This document shows positions 1-10,500 of a stretch of 32,963 nucleotides of DNA, in pieces (the first letter of the stretch is position 1; every line of letters begins with the position of its first letter). The notes below the pieces were generated by a model. It was given only the letters and a program-made list of their open reading frames with translations. It was not told the DNA's origin and made no database searches. The DNA comes from an uncultured Candidatus Sumerlaeota bacterium (GTDB taxonomy: Bacteria; CAYMEV01). Position numbers and translations under genes: made by a program. The stretch spans positions 1 through 32,963 of the forward strand of contig CAYMEV010000031.1 of NCBI GenBank assembly GCA_964389675.1, written 5' to 3'.

Positions 1-72
1 CAAGATAACTTAGGATTCAGGCTAAAAAATTTACAGAAAAATTTTGACATAACCTACTGGGAGGTTTAATAT

Positions 73-780
73 ATGAAAAAAATTATTATAATGCTGGTCT
101 TTTTAATTATATGCTTTACAGCTTTAAGTGCTGAAAAACGGCAAATAAGATTTGTCAGCCTTGAATACCCGCCATATGTGTTTGATAAAGGCGGGAAGGT
201 GCATGGTATTGCATATGAAATAGTAAGGAGCATCTGCAATGAACTTGATTATGAGTTTTGTGTTGAGATTCATGACTGGGATAAAAGCCTTGAGCTTTTT
301 CATGAAGGGAAGGCTGATGCCATATTTACTATTTACAGGACCGAAGACAGGGAGAAATTTGCTGCTTTTATGAACAGCCCGATTATTAACCAAAAAAGTA
401 CATTTATTGCTCATGCAGACAGCAATAATGTTTATGAACCCGGCATGGATAGCCTTTCTGACCTGAAATTAGGGATCATTCGAGGGTTCAGCTATGGTTC
501 AATATTTGACAGTGCATTGAAGGAAGGCAAATTTAAGAATATTATATACTCACAGGATCTACATGATAATATTCAAAATTTACTGGAAGGAAAGTGTGAT
601 ATAATTGTCAGTGATCTACAGGCAGCTCTGTACTGGCTGAATAAAATGGGCAAAAAGGATGAAGTTCGTGTATTGAAGCCATATATACAGATCATTCCAA
701 GCTATGTTGCTTTTCGCAGGACAGCTGAACATGAGGAGATCCTGAAGAAGTTCAATGAAACATTTGATAAAATAAACTAG
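73..780 (+). CDS. Extracytoplasmic solute-binding protein, family 3 (polar amino acid-binding type)
   Basis: N-terminal signal peptide. Family-typical motifs EYPPY, G(K)ADA, REKFAAF and LKLGIIRGFSYG. GGGAGG RBS at 59-64. No permease or ATPase genes downstream. Confidence 0.85.
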   Translation: MKKIIIMLVFLIICFTALSAEKRQIRFVSLEYPPYVFDKGGKVHGIAYEIVRSICNELDYEFCVEIHDWDKSLELFHEGKADAIFTIYRTEDREKFAAFMNSPIINQKSTFIAHADSNNVYEPGMDSLSDLKLGIIRGFSYGSIFDSALKEGKFKNIIYSQDLHDNIQNLLEGKCDIIVSDLQAALYWLNKMGKKDEVRVLKPYIQIIPSYVAFRRTAEHEEILKKFNETFDKIN

Positions 781-913
781 GATTTTATTTTTCTAAGATC
801 TGAAAATGGATATCACATGATTTTCATGCATTTTCTATCAGATTTACTGATTTATAATGCAGGTTTTAAAAATCCAGCAGATATACTATATTTGCTGACA
901 GGGGGTAAATAAT

Positions 914-1978
914 ATGAGGCATAAAATTATATTTTTTTTAATTTTAACGGTTTTGTCTGCTTTAAGCATAAACAGCCAGGTAGTATTGACAAGGAACAGC
1001 AGCAGAGCATCATACAGGGCTTTAATTGCGCCTAAACCAGGAGAGAAGTACTTTTTGCATGCCCAGAGGATTGATGTGAGCAATACTCGTTCCATTAGTG
1101 TCGGGTTTTGTATCCATTATGTAGAGAATGATACAAACAGCAGACGGAACAGCACATTCTATGTTCCTAATGCTGACAGGACTCAAAGATGGGAGTTTCA
1201 GGTCAGGGATGAAATCACTGTATATGAAATTGAAGCAATGCAGCTGACAGATGAGGGTCACCACTGGAAGGTATGGATTGAAAAAGAAGTAAATCCACAG
1301 TCCGAAAATACATATACAAATATTAATAGATCATCTTCTTCTGCAGATTATGATGAGACAATGAAATACCTTGAGAATATCAAAGCAGAGCTTATGGGAG
1401 CCAGCTCCGCTGATCTTGATATGTTCTGGATAGCAGGGCATAAAAAGACCATAAACGGCAATTCAATCACAAGGATATCGGGCGGTGATAAGCCTGGTGA
1501 AATCACCAATATATCCTATCAGACACTTGAACAGAAAATTGACGGTTTAAGAAAAAGGGCCGAAAAGGAAAAGCTTGACCGTTCAGTAATAAGATCAAGG
1601 CTTGACTTCTACAGAGAGTATGCAGAGGGGGGGGTAATAAAGCTCTATATCAGGAGAGGGGTGCAGGATACAGCCAGAATAGAGAATTACACCGTTATTC
1701 TTGAAAATATCTCCGGGGACGAAATCTACCGTAAAAGGGTCTCCACCAGGGAACCCAGGAATAACCCTGTTCCTGATAAGGTAAAGGGAGGGTACCATAA
1801 TATAAACCTTTACTGGATACCTGACAGGTTCCTTACCAGAGAGACAAGGATTGTAGAAAGGGACGGCAAATGGGTTCAGGAATACCTTGAAGGGGAGGAG
1901 AAGTTCTATATTCTTGTAATTGATGAAACCAGCAAAAAAAGATATAAATTTGAAGTTATCCTTAGCCAGGAAAGCTGA
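914..1978 (+). CDS. Hypothetical secreted protein
   Basis: 354-aa ORF with a GGGGG RBS-like sequence upstream and a signal peptide (MRHKIIFFLILTVLSALSINS). No family recognised. Confidence 0.75.
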   Translation: MRHKIIFFLILTVLSALSINSQVVLTRNSSRASYRALIAPKPGEKYFLHAQRIDVSNTRSISVGFCIHYVENDTNSRRNSTFYVPNADRTQRWEFQVRDEITVYEIEAMQLTDEGHHWKVWIEKEVNPQSENTYTNINRSSSSADYDETMKYLENIKAELMGASSADLDMFWIAGHKKTINGNSITRISGGDKPGEITNISYQTLEQKIDGLRKRAEKEKLDRSVIRSRLDFYREYAEGGVIKLYIRRGVQDTARIENYTVILENISGDEIYRKRVSTREPRNNPVPDKVKGGYHNINLYWIPDRFLTRETRIVERDGKWVQEYLEGEEKFYILVIDETSKKRYKFEVILSQES

Positions 1979-2001
1979 TGAAAATTATGGTAATAAAATA
2001 A

Positions 2002-2997
2002 ATGCATTCATCCGGGAGGGTTTCCTCAATAAGGTTGTTATGCATTCTTTTCATGTTAAGTGCCTTTTCTTCCATTATTTCTGAAGGCGGAACCTTCAGC
2101 TTTACCCTTGAGAATGATATGTTCTACCGCACAGACAGGCACTATACCCACGGTGTGCGTTTCTCATACATTCCTGGAGAGGATGCCGGCCCGCCCGGAT
2201 GGGCTGTAGAACTGGCAAAGATATTGCCATGGATGCCTGAAGAAGGGAATTACCATCACGGCTATGCATTTGGCCAGAGTATCTTTACACCCGCTGACCT
2301 TTCAGCAGACAAACCTTCACCTCATGACCGCCCGTATGCAGGCTTTTTGTATGGGGCAATAGGCCTTGGTATTGAATCGGACCATCAGCTGGACCAGTTT
2401 GTATTAGTCTTGGGGATGATAGGGCCCTCATCTTTGGCGGGAAGGACTCAAAGCTATGTCCATGACCTTTTTGACTGGAGGGATCCGGAAGGATGGGATG
2501 CACAGCTTAAGGATGAAATAGGAGTTATGATGGTATACCAGAGGACATGGAGGAGACTTGAAACAACAACACTGCTGGGTAACAGCATAGATCTTTCCCG
2601 TCATTTTGGCTTCTCTCTGGGCAATGTCTTTACATACGGTAATGCCGGCGTGACAATGAGATATGGCAGAGACCTGCCTGATGACTATGGCCCTCCTCGT
2701 ATACAGCCCGGGCAGACAGGTTCCTCAGCCTTTTCACCGCTTTTTGATTTCAGCTGGTACTTTTTTATAAGCATTGAGGGCAGGGCAGTTGCCAGGAATA
2801 TTTTCCTCGACGGCAATACTTTCAGAAACAGCCACAGCGTCAAGAAAGAGCTTCTTGTCGCTGATCTGCAGTTTGGCCTGGTCATTGACTGGGCAAGGAT
2901 CCGTATAAGCTATGCTCATATTATCCGCTCAAAGGAGTTCAGAAACCAGGAGTTAAGGGATGAATACGGTGCATTTACAATATATTACAAGTTTTAG
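2002..2997 (+). CDS. Lipid A deacylase LpxR / DUF2219 family outer-membrane beta-barrel protein
   Basis: Motifs ENDMF..TDRHYTHG, GQSIFTP, DRPYAG, GWDAQL and RNIFLDGNTF. Signal peptide and a C-terminal aromatic residue (YYKF) typical of outer-membrane barrels. Confidence 0.85.
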   Translation: MHSSGRVSSIRLLCILFMLSAFSSIISEGGTFSFTLENDMFYRTDRHYTHGVRFSYIPGEDAGPPGWAVELAKILPWMPEEGNYHHGYAFGQSIFTPADLSADKPSPHDRPYAGFLYGAIGLGIESDHQLDQFVLVLGMIGPSSLAGRTQSYVHDLFDWRDPEGWDAQLKDEIGVMMVYQRTWRRLETTTLLGNSIDLSRHFGFSLGNVFTYGNAGVTMRYGRDLPDDYGPPRIQPGQTGSSAFSPLFDFSWYFFISIEGRAVARNIFLDGNTFRNSHSVKKELLVADLQFGLVIDWARIRISYAHIIRSKEFRNQELRDEYGAFTIYYKF

Positions 2998-3107
2998 CAT
3001 GGGTTTATAAGGCAGAATATACACATTCACCCTATATATAAAATAGACTGGAAGAAATAAATTTTTTAGGTTTTCTATCTTTTTTTTTGATATAATATGA
3101 TCAAATT

Positions 3108-3836
3108 ATGAGTATGCAGGAAAAGCTAAAATCAAAAATACATGAATTTCTTGTTCTGCTTATTTCAATCTCCGGGTATGTACCTCAGAATGCAACATTT
3201 TACAGGACTGTCTTTATGGCCTTGTCCATAAGCTTCTATCTTTTATTAAATTTTAGATATCCATTTAACTTCATTTATGCACTGATCTATTTTCTGTCAG
3301 CTGAAATTTTCTATTTTGGGTTCCTCTGGTTTGTTCTAAGGGAAAAAGGACTTAAAGGCCGGTTAATAAAAAGATGGGATGAAAAGAAGGCTTATCTGAT
3401 TTATGAAGGGATACTGGGATTTCTGTTTTTTCATAATGCTGCAAGCATAGGGTTTTTATCTTCTGCAACCAGGCTCAGGCCTTTTGATATTACTGATAAT
3501 TATTTTCTGCTTATTGCTGCAGTTACTATGTTTGTATCCGGTCTTGGAATTAAGCTTTTATGCACAAAGATCCTTTCCGTTGATATCTATTACTGGAAGG
3601 ATATGTTTGTAGGAAGAAAAATAATAGATTTCAAAAGAGAGGGCCCTTACAAATATTTCAGCAATCCCATGTATGGCGTGGGACAGCTGCAGGCTTATGC
3701 TGTTGCAGTCTGGTACTGCTCAATGACAGGCCTGCTTGCAGCAATGATAAACCAGATAATGATATTTATTTTTTATTTTCATATTGAAAGGAAATTTATC
3801 AGGAAAATTTATACCAATACATTTGAAGACATATAA
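3108..3836 (+). CDS. PEMT/ICMT-like integral membrane (phospholipid) methyltransferase
   Basis: Several hydrophobic helices, GPYKYFSNPMY motif, and a C-terminal ERKFI.KIY segment typical of the PEMT family. Confidence 0.75.
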   Translation: MSMQEKLKSKIHEFLVLLISISGYVPQNATFYRTVFMALSISFYLLLNFRYPFNFIYALIYFLSAEIFYFGFLWFVLREKGLKGRLIKRWDEKKAYLIYEGILGFLFFHNAASIGFLSSATRLRPFDITDNYFLLIAAVTMFVSGLGIKLLCTKILSVDIYYWKDMFVGRKIIDFKREGPYKYFSNPMYGVGQLQAYAVAVWYCSMTGLLAAMINQIMIFIFYFHIERKFIRKIYTNTFEDI

Positions 3837-3872
3837 TAAATATAACATGGCAGGAATCTTATTCAATTTTGT

Positions 3873-3900
3873 TTGACAGAAAGACCAGGCTTATTACAAT
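3873..3900 (+). promoter_or_regulatory. Putative sigma70 promoter for the sulfotransferase gene
   Basis: TTGACA (3873-3878), 16-nt spacer, TACAAT (3895-3900), ending 12 nt before the ATG at 3913. No SD sequence, so a very short leader. Confidence 0.55.
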
Positions 3901-3912
3901 CTTTTTCAGAAC

Positions 3913-4830
3913 ATGAAGTACATCAATATAAATTATATCTTAACAAAGCTTAATCAGCTGAATCTTTTTATTGAGCTGAACCCTCCTCTTTATCCTGCAG
4001 GGATTATTGCAGGCTATACAAGGAGCGGAACATCCTATATCGGCAAAACAATAGCGGATATATTAGGTGCAAGATATGTTTATGAGCCATTGTGCCCCGG
4101 CAGGACAAAAAGGATATCATTTTTCATGGAACGTGAATCGTATTCAGCCTTTAAGAATAAAAAATACTTTGATGCCATAAAATTTATAATCTCTCCTGAA
4201 TACAGGTCATTTTCAAGAGATCATGGAGGCAGGCTGATATATAATAAAGGGATCAGGATCATGAAACTGGTCAGGGCAAATGCCTATCTCAGATTATTTA
4301 CCGACATAATCCCGGATTGCAGGATCCTGTTCCTTATAAGGAACCCCCTCGGGTGTGTAGCATCAAGAGCTGGCATGGACTGGGAAGTTCCAGAACAGGG
4401 CCATCTTTATGATGAGTTGAGCCCATTGCTGGATCAGGGGCAGAGAGGATTGCTTATGAGCATTGATCAGTATCATGATAAAATGGCATTAAGCTGGGTG
4501 ATTGATAATATCATGGCATTAAGAAACCTGAATGACCCATCATTTAAATTCGTTTTTTATGAAGACCTTATTTCTTCCAGAGATGAATTTTTGGGAGCAA
4601 TATGCTTTATTAAAAAGGATTATAAGGCAGATAAAAGCTTTGGAATCCACTACAGGCCCCTTTTATCCACCATTAAAAAAAGGGAGCAGTATCATAAAAC
4701 ATTGGGAAAGGACAGGGTTGACAGTATTATCAAAATTATTGATGCATTCGGCTTATCCTGCCTTTATGATTTTGAAACAGGCCTCCCTGATAAGAACGGG
4801 CTTGAGGTATTAAGGCAAAAAACAGGATAA
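3913..4830 (+). CDS. PAPS-dependent sulfotransferase family protein
   Basis: 5'-PSB loop GYTRSGTSY, YEP motif, 3'-PB motif LIRNPLGCVAS, and VFYEDL. Confidence 0.8.
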   Translation: MKYININYILTKLNQLNLFIELNPPLYPAGIIAGYTRSGTSYIGKTIADILGARYVYEPLCPGRTKRISFFMERESYSAFKNKKYFDAIKFIISPEYRSFSRDHGGRLIYNKGIRIMKLVRANAYLRLFTDIIPDCRILFLIRNPLGCVASRAGMDWEVPEQGHLYDELSPLLDQGQRGLLMSIDQYHDKMALSWVIDNIMALRNLNDPSFKFVFYEDLISSRDEFLGAICFIKKDYKADKSFGIHYRPLLSTIKKREQYHKTLGKDRVDSIIKIIDAFGLSCLYDFETGLPDKNGLEVLRQKTG

Positions 4831-4962
4831 AAACAGATATGAAAATAAAACCATAATTGCAAAATACGCTATCATCAGATACAATCCAGCTATAGTTTTT
4901 ACTGATCAGAATTTATTTTGCGGTTATTCGAATTCCTGATTCTTTTGAGTGGAGGCAATATT

Positions 4963-6813
4963 GTGAAAAAAAGAATATTAATTTCCATATGCCTGCTTTT
5001 TACAGCAGTCTGCCTTGCGGATAATCTGGAAATAGATACTGAAGAGCTTTCTATATTCTTCGATGGTGTAATAAATGAGCAGCTTATAGCCTATGAGATT
5101 CCAGGTGCAGTAGTATCAGTTGTTAAAGATGGGAAACCTGTCTTTCAAAAAGGGTACGGTTTTGCTGACTTAGAAGGTAATATACCTGCTTCAGCGGATA
5201 AAACACTTTTTAGAATAGGGTCTATTTCAAAGCTTTTTGTATGGACAGCAGTTATGCAGATGTCAGAGAATGGAATGCTTGATATCCACAAAGATATCAA
5301 CCTCTACCTTGATGAATTCAAGATCCCTCAGACATTCAAGGAGCCCATTACCATGGCGCACCTTATGACGCATACTCCTGGCTTTGAAGAGCAGGAGCTC
5401 GGTGTATTCGTGAAAAACAAAAAGGATATCGCACCACTTGGAAAATACCTTGCTCACTATATTCCTGTAAGGGTAAGGCCGCCAGGATTACTTTCCTCAT
5501 ACTCCAATTATGGTACAGCGCTTTCAGCATATATTGTGGAAAAGCTCTCAGGAATGGCTTTTTATGAATATGCAGAAGCAAATATATTCCAGCCCCTCTC
5601 AATGGCCAGCAGCACATATCTTCAGCCTCCTTCAGAGGTCTGTGGAAAAATGGCGAAGGGTTATATTATAGCAGATGGATATGCAGTGCCAAATGACTTT
5701 GAATGGATACAGGCTTATCCAGCCGGGTCTGTGAGTTCAACTGCATCTGATATGGCAAATTTCATGATAGCCTGTTTGAATTTCGGCAGGTTTGGAGAAG
5801 AGAGGATAATGGAAGAAGCCACAGCAATGGAGATGCAGAGCAGGCATTTTGCCCATGATGAAGAGATAAATGGCTGGACATGGGGCTTTATGGAATTAAA
5901 AACCGGGAACCACAGGATCTTATGGCATGGTGGTGATACATACCTTTTTCATTCAGCAGTGTATCTCATACAGGACTATAATACAGGTATTTTTGTATCA
6001 TATAATTGCCCTGCAGGGGCAAAAGCAAGAATAGACCTGATAAAGGCGTTTATGGCAAGGTATCTGCCCCAGCCGGAAGCTGCAGCACCTGATAAGATGG
6101 ATGGCCCCGGGCATGCAGGGGAGTTATCAGGTTCATACCTTGATATACGTACAAATTACTCCACACCTGAGAAGCTTATGACAATTTTAAACCCGGTTGC
6201 TGTGGAGATGATTGATGAACATACCCTGGTTTTCAGTAATAACAGATGGATTGAGATAAAACCGCTGGTATTCAGGAATTATACCAGCGAAGAGCTTATG
6301 GTCTTTAAGAAGAACATGGATGGGAAGTACTGCATGTTCAGGGGGAATAATCCTACCACGGCATATACAAAGATACCATTTATCTACTCTCCGCGGGTGC
6401 AGAAGTCTATTATTGCAGCATGTTTTATCATTTTTATTTCTGTGGTATTGCTCTGGCCGCTGAGCCTGGCTTTCTGCAATGCAGAAAAAGCACAAATGAA
6501 GTCATTCGGGAGGCTGACAGGGATAATATTATGGATCATCTGCCTGTTAAATTCATTTTTTATTTACAGAATGTACAGGCTTATCTCTGACGGGGGCTTC
6601 AGTTTCGGCCTCCCTCATGGAATAAACACTCTTCTGATTTTACCTTATATTAATGTTCCTTTGACCTTTATACTGATTATTCTATTGGTTCTGGCATGGT
6701 ATAAATCACTCTGGAATCCTTTTTTAAGGATATGCTTCAGTACAGCTGCATTCTTCTGCATGGTATCAGTATGGCTGATGAGTTATTGGAATCTGCTGTT
6801 TTTCCGCTTTTGA
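4963..6813 (+). CDS. Beta-lactamase-family (class C / D-peptidase-like) serine hydrolase with C-terminal transmembrane helices
   Basis: FRIGSISK (SxxK), LMTHTPG, YSNYG (YxN) and WHGG motifs, plus about 4 C-terminal hydrophobic helices. Start moved from TTG 4918 to GTG 4963, which follows GGAGG (4951-4955) and begins a signal peptide. Confidence 0.88.
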   Translation: MKKRILISICLLFTAVCLADNLEIDTEELSIFFDGVINEQLIAYEIPGAVVSVVKDGKPVFQKGYGFADLEGNIPASADKTLFRIGSISKLFVWTAVMQMSENGMLDIHKDINLYLDEFKIPQTFKEPITMAHLMTHTPGFEEQELGVFVKNKKDIAPLGKYLAHYIPVRVRPPGLLSSYSNYGTALSAYIVEKLSGMAFYEYAEANIFQPLSMASSTYLQPPSEVCGKMAKGYIIADGYAVPNDFEWIQAYPAGSVSSTASDMANFMIACLNFGRFGEERIMEEATAMEMQSRHFAHDEEINGWTWGFMELKTGNHRILWHGGDTYLFHSAVYLIQDYNTGIFVSYNCPAGAKARIDLIKAFMARYLPQPEAAAPDKMDGPGHAGELSGSYLDIRTNYSTPEKLMTILNPVAVEMIDEHTLVFSNNRWIEIKPLVFRNYTSEELMVFKKNMDGKYCMFRGNNPTTAYTKIPFIYSPRVQKSIIAACFIIFISVVLLWPLSLAFCNAEKAQMKSFGRLTGIILWIICLLNSFFIYRMYRLISDGGFSFGLPHGINTLLILPYINVPLTFILIILLVLAWYKSLWNPFLRICFSTAAFFCMVSVWLMSYWNLLFFRF

Positions 6814-6896
6814 GCCTGACAGATTTTTTTTGAAATAATTATTTAAGAGCAGCCTTCGGCTATATCTTTTTATTGCCTGAGATGCTGCAATAATTT

Positions 6897-7439
6897 TCAG
6901 CAGTACTTGTCAGGCCTTAATTTGAATAAATGGGGTGAGATAAATCTCAGATAGTGGTTGACCTTGTCAATATCCTGCTGGTTAAAATCTGGGCCTGCCT
7001 TCTCAAAGGATACAGCGCGCCTGTTTATCCACATTGCCCCAAATGGTACATCATTAAATACCAGCGGCACAGCGATGAATTTTTGGATCGGCAGTATTTC
7101 CTTTTCAGCATCCTTGAGGCGCTCATACATTGCCAGGCGTTCAGTCTCCCTGGTATCATTGTTCAGGATAGGTTTATTCTGTTCTATTACCCTTTTGGTT
7201 ATCCTGCTTTTATGTATGGGGAAGGAATTGCCCTTTCCGAACATCCTTATAGGAAGGACAAAATGGACCTGGTCATCCCTGTCCTTCAGCATTATTGATA
7301 TTTCATATTCCTTACAGCCTACAGCGCTTACCAGAAAGTCCCTTACGATAAAAAGGACCTTTTTAAATTTCTCGTTTGGTTCGTCCAATGCCTGGTCATT
7401 GATCTCCTGCAGTCGTTTTACAAGCAATTTTAATGACAT
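6897..7439 (-). CDS. Stand-alone GAF domain protein
   Basis: GAF hallmarks ITKRVIEQNKPILNND, FIAVPLVFNDVPFGAMWINR and PDFNQQD. GAAGGGG RBS upstream. Confidence 0.75.
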   Translation of the reverse strand: MSLKLLVKRLQEINDQALDEPNEKFKKVLFIVRDFLVSAVGCKEYEISIMLKDRDDQVHFVLPIRMFGKGNSFPIHKSRITKRVIEQNKPILNNDTRETERLAMYERLKDAEKEILPIQKFIAVPLVFNDVPFGAMWINRRAVSFEKAGPDFNQQDIDKVNHYLRFISPHLFKLRPDKYC

Positions 7440-7575
7440 TAAATCTACCCCTTCATATTATTCTTAATATTATTTTAGTTGCTGTTTTTAATTTTGCAAC
7501 AAATTTACTTAATTACAAAATTATTCTTTTAGGGATTTAATTGCCCGATATATTTCCAGCAGCTTTAAGGATTGC

Positions 7576-10500
7576 TCATACAGGCATACAATAACAGAAT
7601 TTAATTCTCTGCTTATGCAAATAGCACGGATATCTTTCTGATAATTCCTTATAAAGGGTATAGCATTTAATCCTAAACCTCCAGGCTGAGGTAAGGCGGT
7701 AAAGGTAATAATTGCAGGCTGCTTCAGTTTCCTTGTTATCAGTATATACGGACAGAGAAATAAGGTTTCTTACAGCATAATCTTTATCTCTTTTAGTATT
7801 GGATATATAAAATACCATTTTCACCCTTTCAGAAAGATCATTCTTTCTCTTTAAATCAATCATCGAGATTAATTTTTCTGAAATTCTAAGTGCCTGATTC
7901 CATCTGCCGGTGTTAAAAAGTATTTCGCTAATTGCACTGCCGGTTTTTGCAGTAAGATACTCAGCTTTTTCAAGATCCCTGCATTTCACAAAGGCCAGAT
8001 CGAGTAATTCCAGAGCTTTGGTCCAGGATCCCTGGCCTGCCATTATCATGCCTTTTGTATACAAAATGGATATATAATCCCTGGTATTTTGATTTTTTTC
8101 CGCGATTTCCATGGCTTTGTCTGCATATTCAAGAGCCGGGCGAAATCTGCCCAGATCATGATTGTTTTCAGCCAACAGACTGTAAGCCTTATAGTCCATT
8201 GCATGATAGCTGCACTCTTCTGCTGCAGCAAGCGTTGAACTTAGCTGTTTTATGGCCAGTGTGAATTTGCCCATCATCTGATAGATTAGGCTTACAGAAA
8301 TTTCTGCATTTATCAGGTCAATGTAGTTGGATTTCTGCCTCCCCAGATTAATGCCGGCCTTAAAATAGTATATTGCCTGCTGAAGTTGGCCCATGTCTTT
8401 ATAACATCCTGCAATTTTGAAATAAAGTTCTGTAAGGTAATAGAAATCATTGCTTTTTCCTATCTCATCAAACTGATCAAAATATAAGGACAGGGCCCTC
8501 CTGTTTTGCCCTTGATACTGGTAGATCGATGCAATCTTTATTACTATCCCTATCAAATGATTCCTTATATTAAGCTTTTTGAATATCTGGTATGCCTTCT
8601 TAAGACAGGCCAAAGCCTGGTCCATTTCGCTCAGGTTAACGAGAGGAATGCTTAAATTAATATTTGCTAATCCTGCAAAATATATATCATCAGTTTCAAG
8701 GGCTATTCCAAGCTGTTTCTTGAAATGATCCACAGCACTGCTGTATTGCCCTTCGGTTGTGTACATTCTTCCTGCTATCTGCATGGCATGCCCGAGGGAC
8801 CTTTTGTCCCCGAGCTTCTTTGCGAGGCCTATCTTTTTTCTGAGAAATTCATGTGCGCTGTTAGAATTGCCTTCATTATGACAGGCCTGAGCCATATTTC
8901 CGTATGCAACGGAAAGAATGGCATTCAGCCTGTGCTTTTCTGCCAGGCTTATTGTCTTTTTTGCATAGGAAAGAAATTTCTTGTTGTTATTCTGGTTACC
9001 ATAGATGCTGGTGATATTCTGCAGGGCTGATGCATAAAGCACTGGATTTTTATCTTTATCCACATGCCTGATGATGTGATTGAGCAGTTTTAATGCTTCC
9101 TTATCCTTATGCTGAAATATGTAGGACAGGGATAATGCTCTTCTATTCTCCATAAGGTATAATGGTTCATCATATTTTTTGAAGATTTCCTGTGCTTCAT
9201 TCAGCATTTGCTCTCCTGACTTAAATTCTGAGCTTTTTATCAGCAGAATTGCAAATTCATTCTTTATAACCGCCTCTTCAAACGGGTTACCAATCTTTTT
9301 TGCAAGTTTTAATGCAGATTGAAAGTATTTATTGGATTCTGCTGATCTTCCTGTTACAAAATATATTTTTGCCAGCTGGAAACAGGTTTCTTTTAGCAAA
9401 TACACATCTTCTGTAAGATTCAGAATACGTGAAAAATGATTTATGGAGTCTGCATTTTTATAATTTTCCTTTTCATAATTTGCTGCTTTTAAGAGATAGT
9501 TGATCGCTTTTTCTGTGTTTTCTGCTTTCTCAAAATGATCTGCCAGCTTTCCATAATGCTCTGAAAGATCGCTTTTGTACAGCTCCTCTGTCACTGTTCC
9601 AGCAAGGTTATGCAGGTTCCTGAGCGTTTCCTTAAGCTGCATCCCGTAGACTGAATCACGGATCAGTGCATGTTTGAAAATATAGCTTAAATCTGTTAAT
9701 TCTTCCCATATCTGTTCATCATATCCCATCTTAAGGTATTCATGAAATTCTTCATCTTTCCTTGTAATATCAGTAAGAAAAAGCAGCCTCCTTAGAATAT
9801 TTAATGCAAATTCCCTTCCAATTACGGAAGCTGTTTTTATAATATTTTTCAGCCTGATGGATAATCTGTCAATCCTGGCTATTATAATCTGGCTTATGCT
9901 GGCAGGAATATCTGTTGACCGGCTTCTTAAACAAAGCTTCTCATCTATTATATTCTCTTCCTTCATATAGAGTGTTATCTGGTCTGCAAAGAAGGGATTG
10001 CCCCCGCTCTTCCTGAATATAAAATCCTCTGTATCCTCAGGGATTTCGGATTTATCTGCTTTAAGCCTGTCAGCAATAAGATCGGAAAAAGCCTCACGGC
10101 TGAAAGGGTTTATTTCCACCCTTTTAGCCACTTCTGAAGTATCAGCAAAAATCGTATAACTGGTCCCATCATCATTTGGCCTGCATGCTGCAAGCAGTAT
10201 GAAGGGGTAATCTTCGACATTAATAATTAATGCTTTTAGCAGTTCTTTGCTGTCGGAATCTATCCAGTGTACATCATCCAGTATTATTACAAGCGGTTTT
10301 CTCATGCAATGAGCCTTGATGAATGTTTTAACCGATTGTATAGTGTTTTCATACCGGCCTTTTGGGTCAAGTTGCGAAAAAAGCGAGCCTTTACGCTCCA
10401 GTCCGACAAAAGCCCCTATTATGCTCTCACCGCGGATTAATTCATCCTTTAGCTCTTCATCCTCTGCTTTATTAATAATGCTGCTGTAAATGTTTTTAAA

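Noticed and set aside
44-72. TTGACA-17-TAATAT before the first gene
   Set aside because: The implied start site would fall inside the CDS and exclude the GGGAGG RBS, so it is probably coincidental.
4963-6813. Antibiotic-resistance beta-lactamase
   Set aside because: HGG in place of KTG, the large size and the C-terminal membrane helices fit the broad serine hydrolase/peptidase family. Resistance cannot be inferred.
6954-7467. Plus-strand ORFs of 114 and 169 aa
   Set aside because: They are antisense shadows of the GAF gene, which has an RBS and recognisable motifs.
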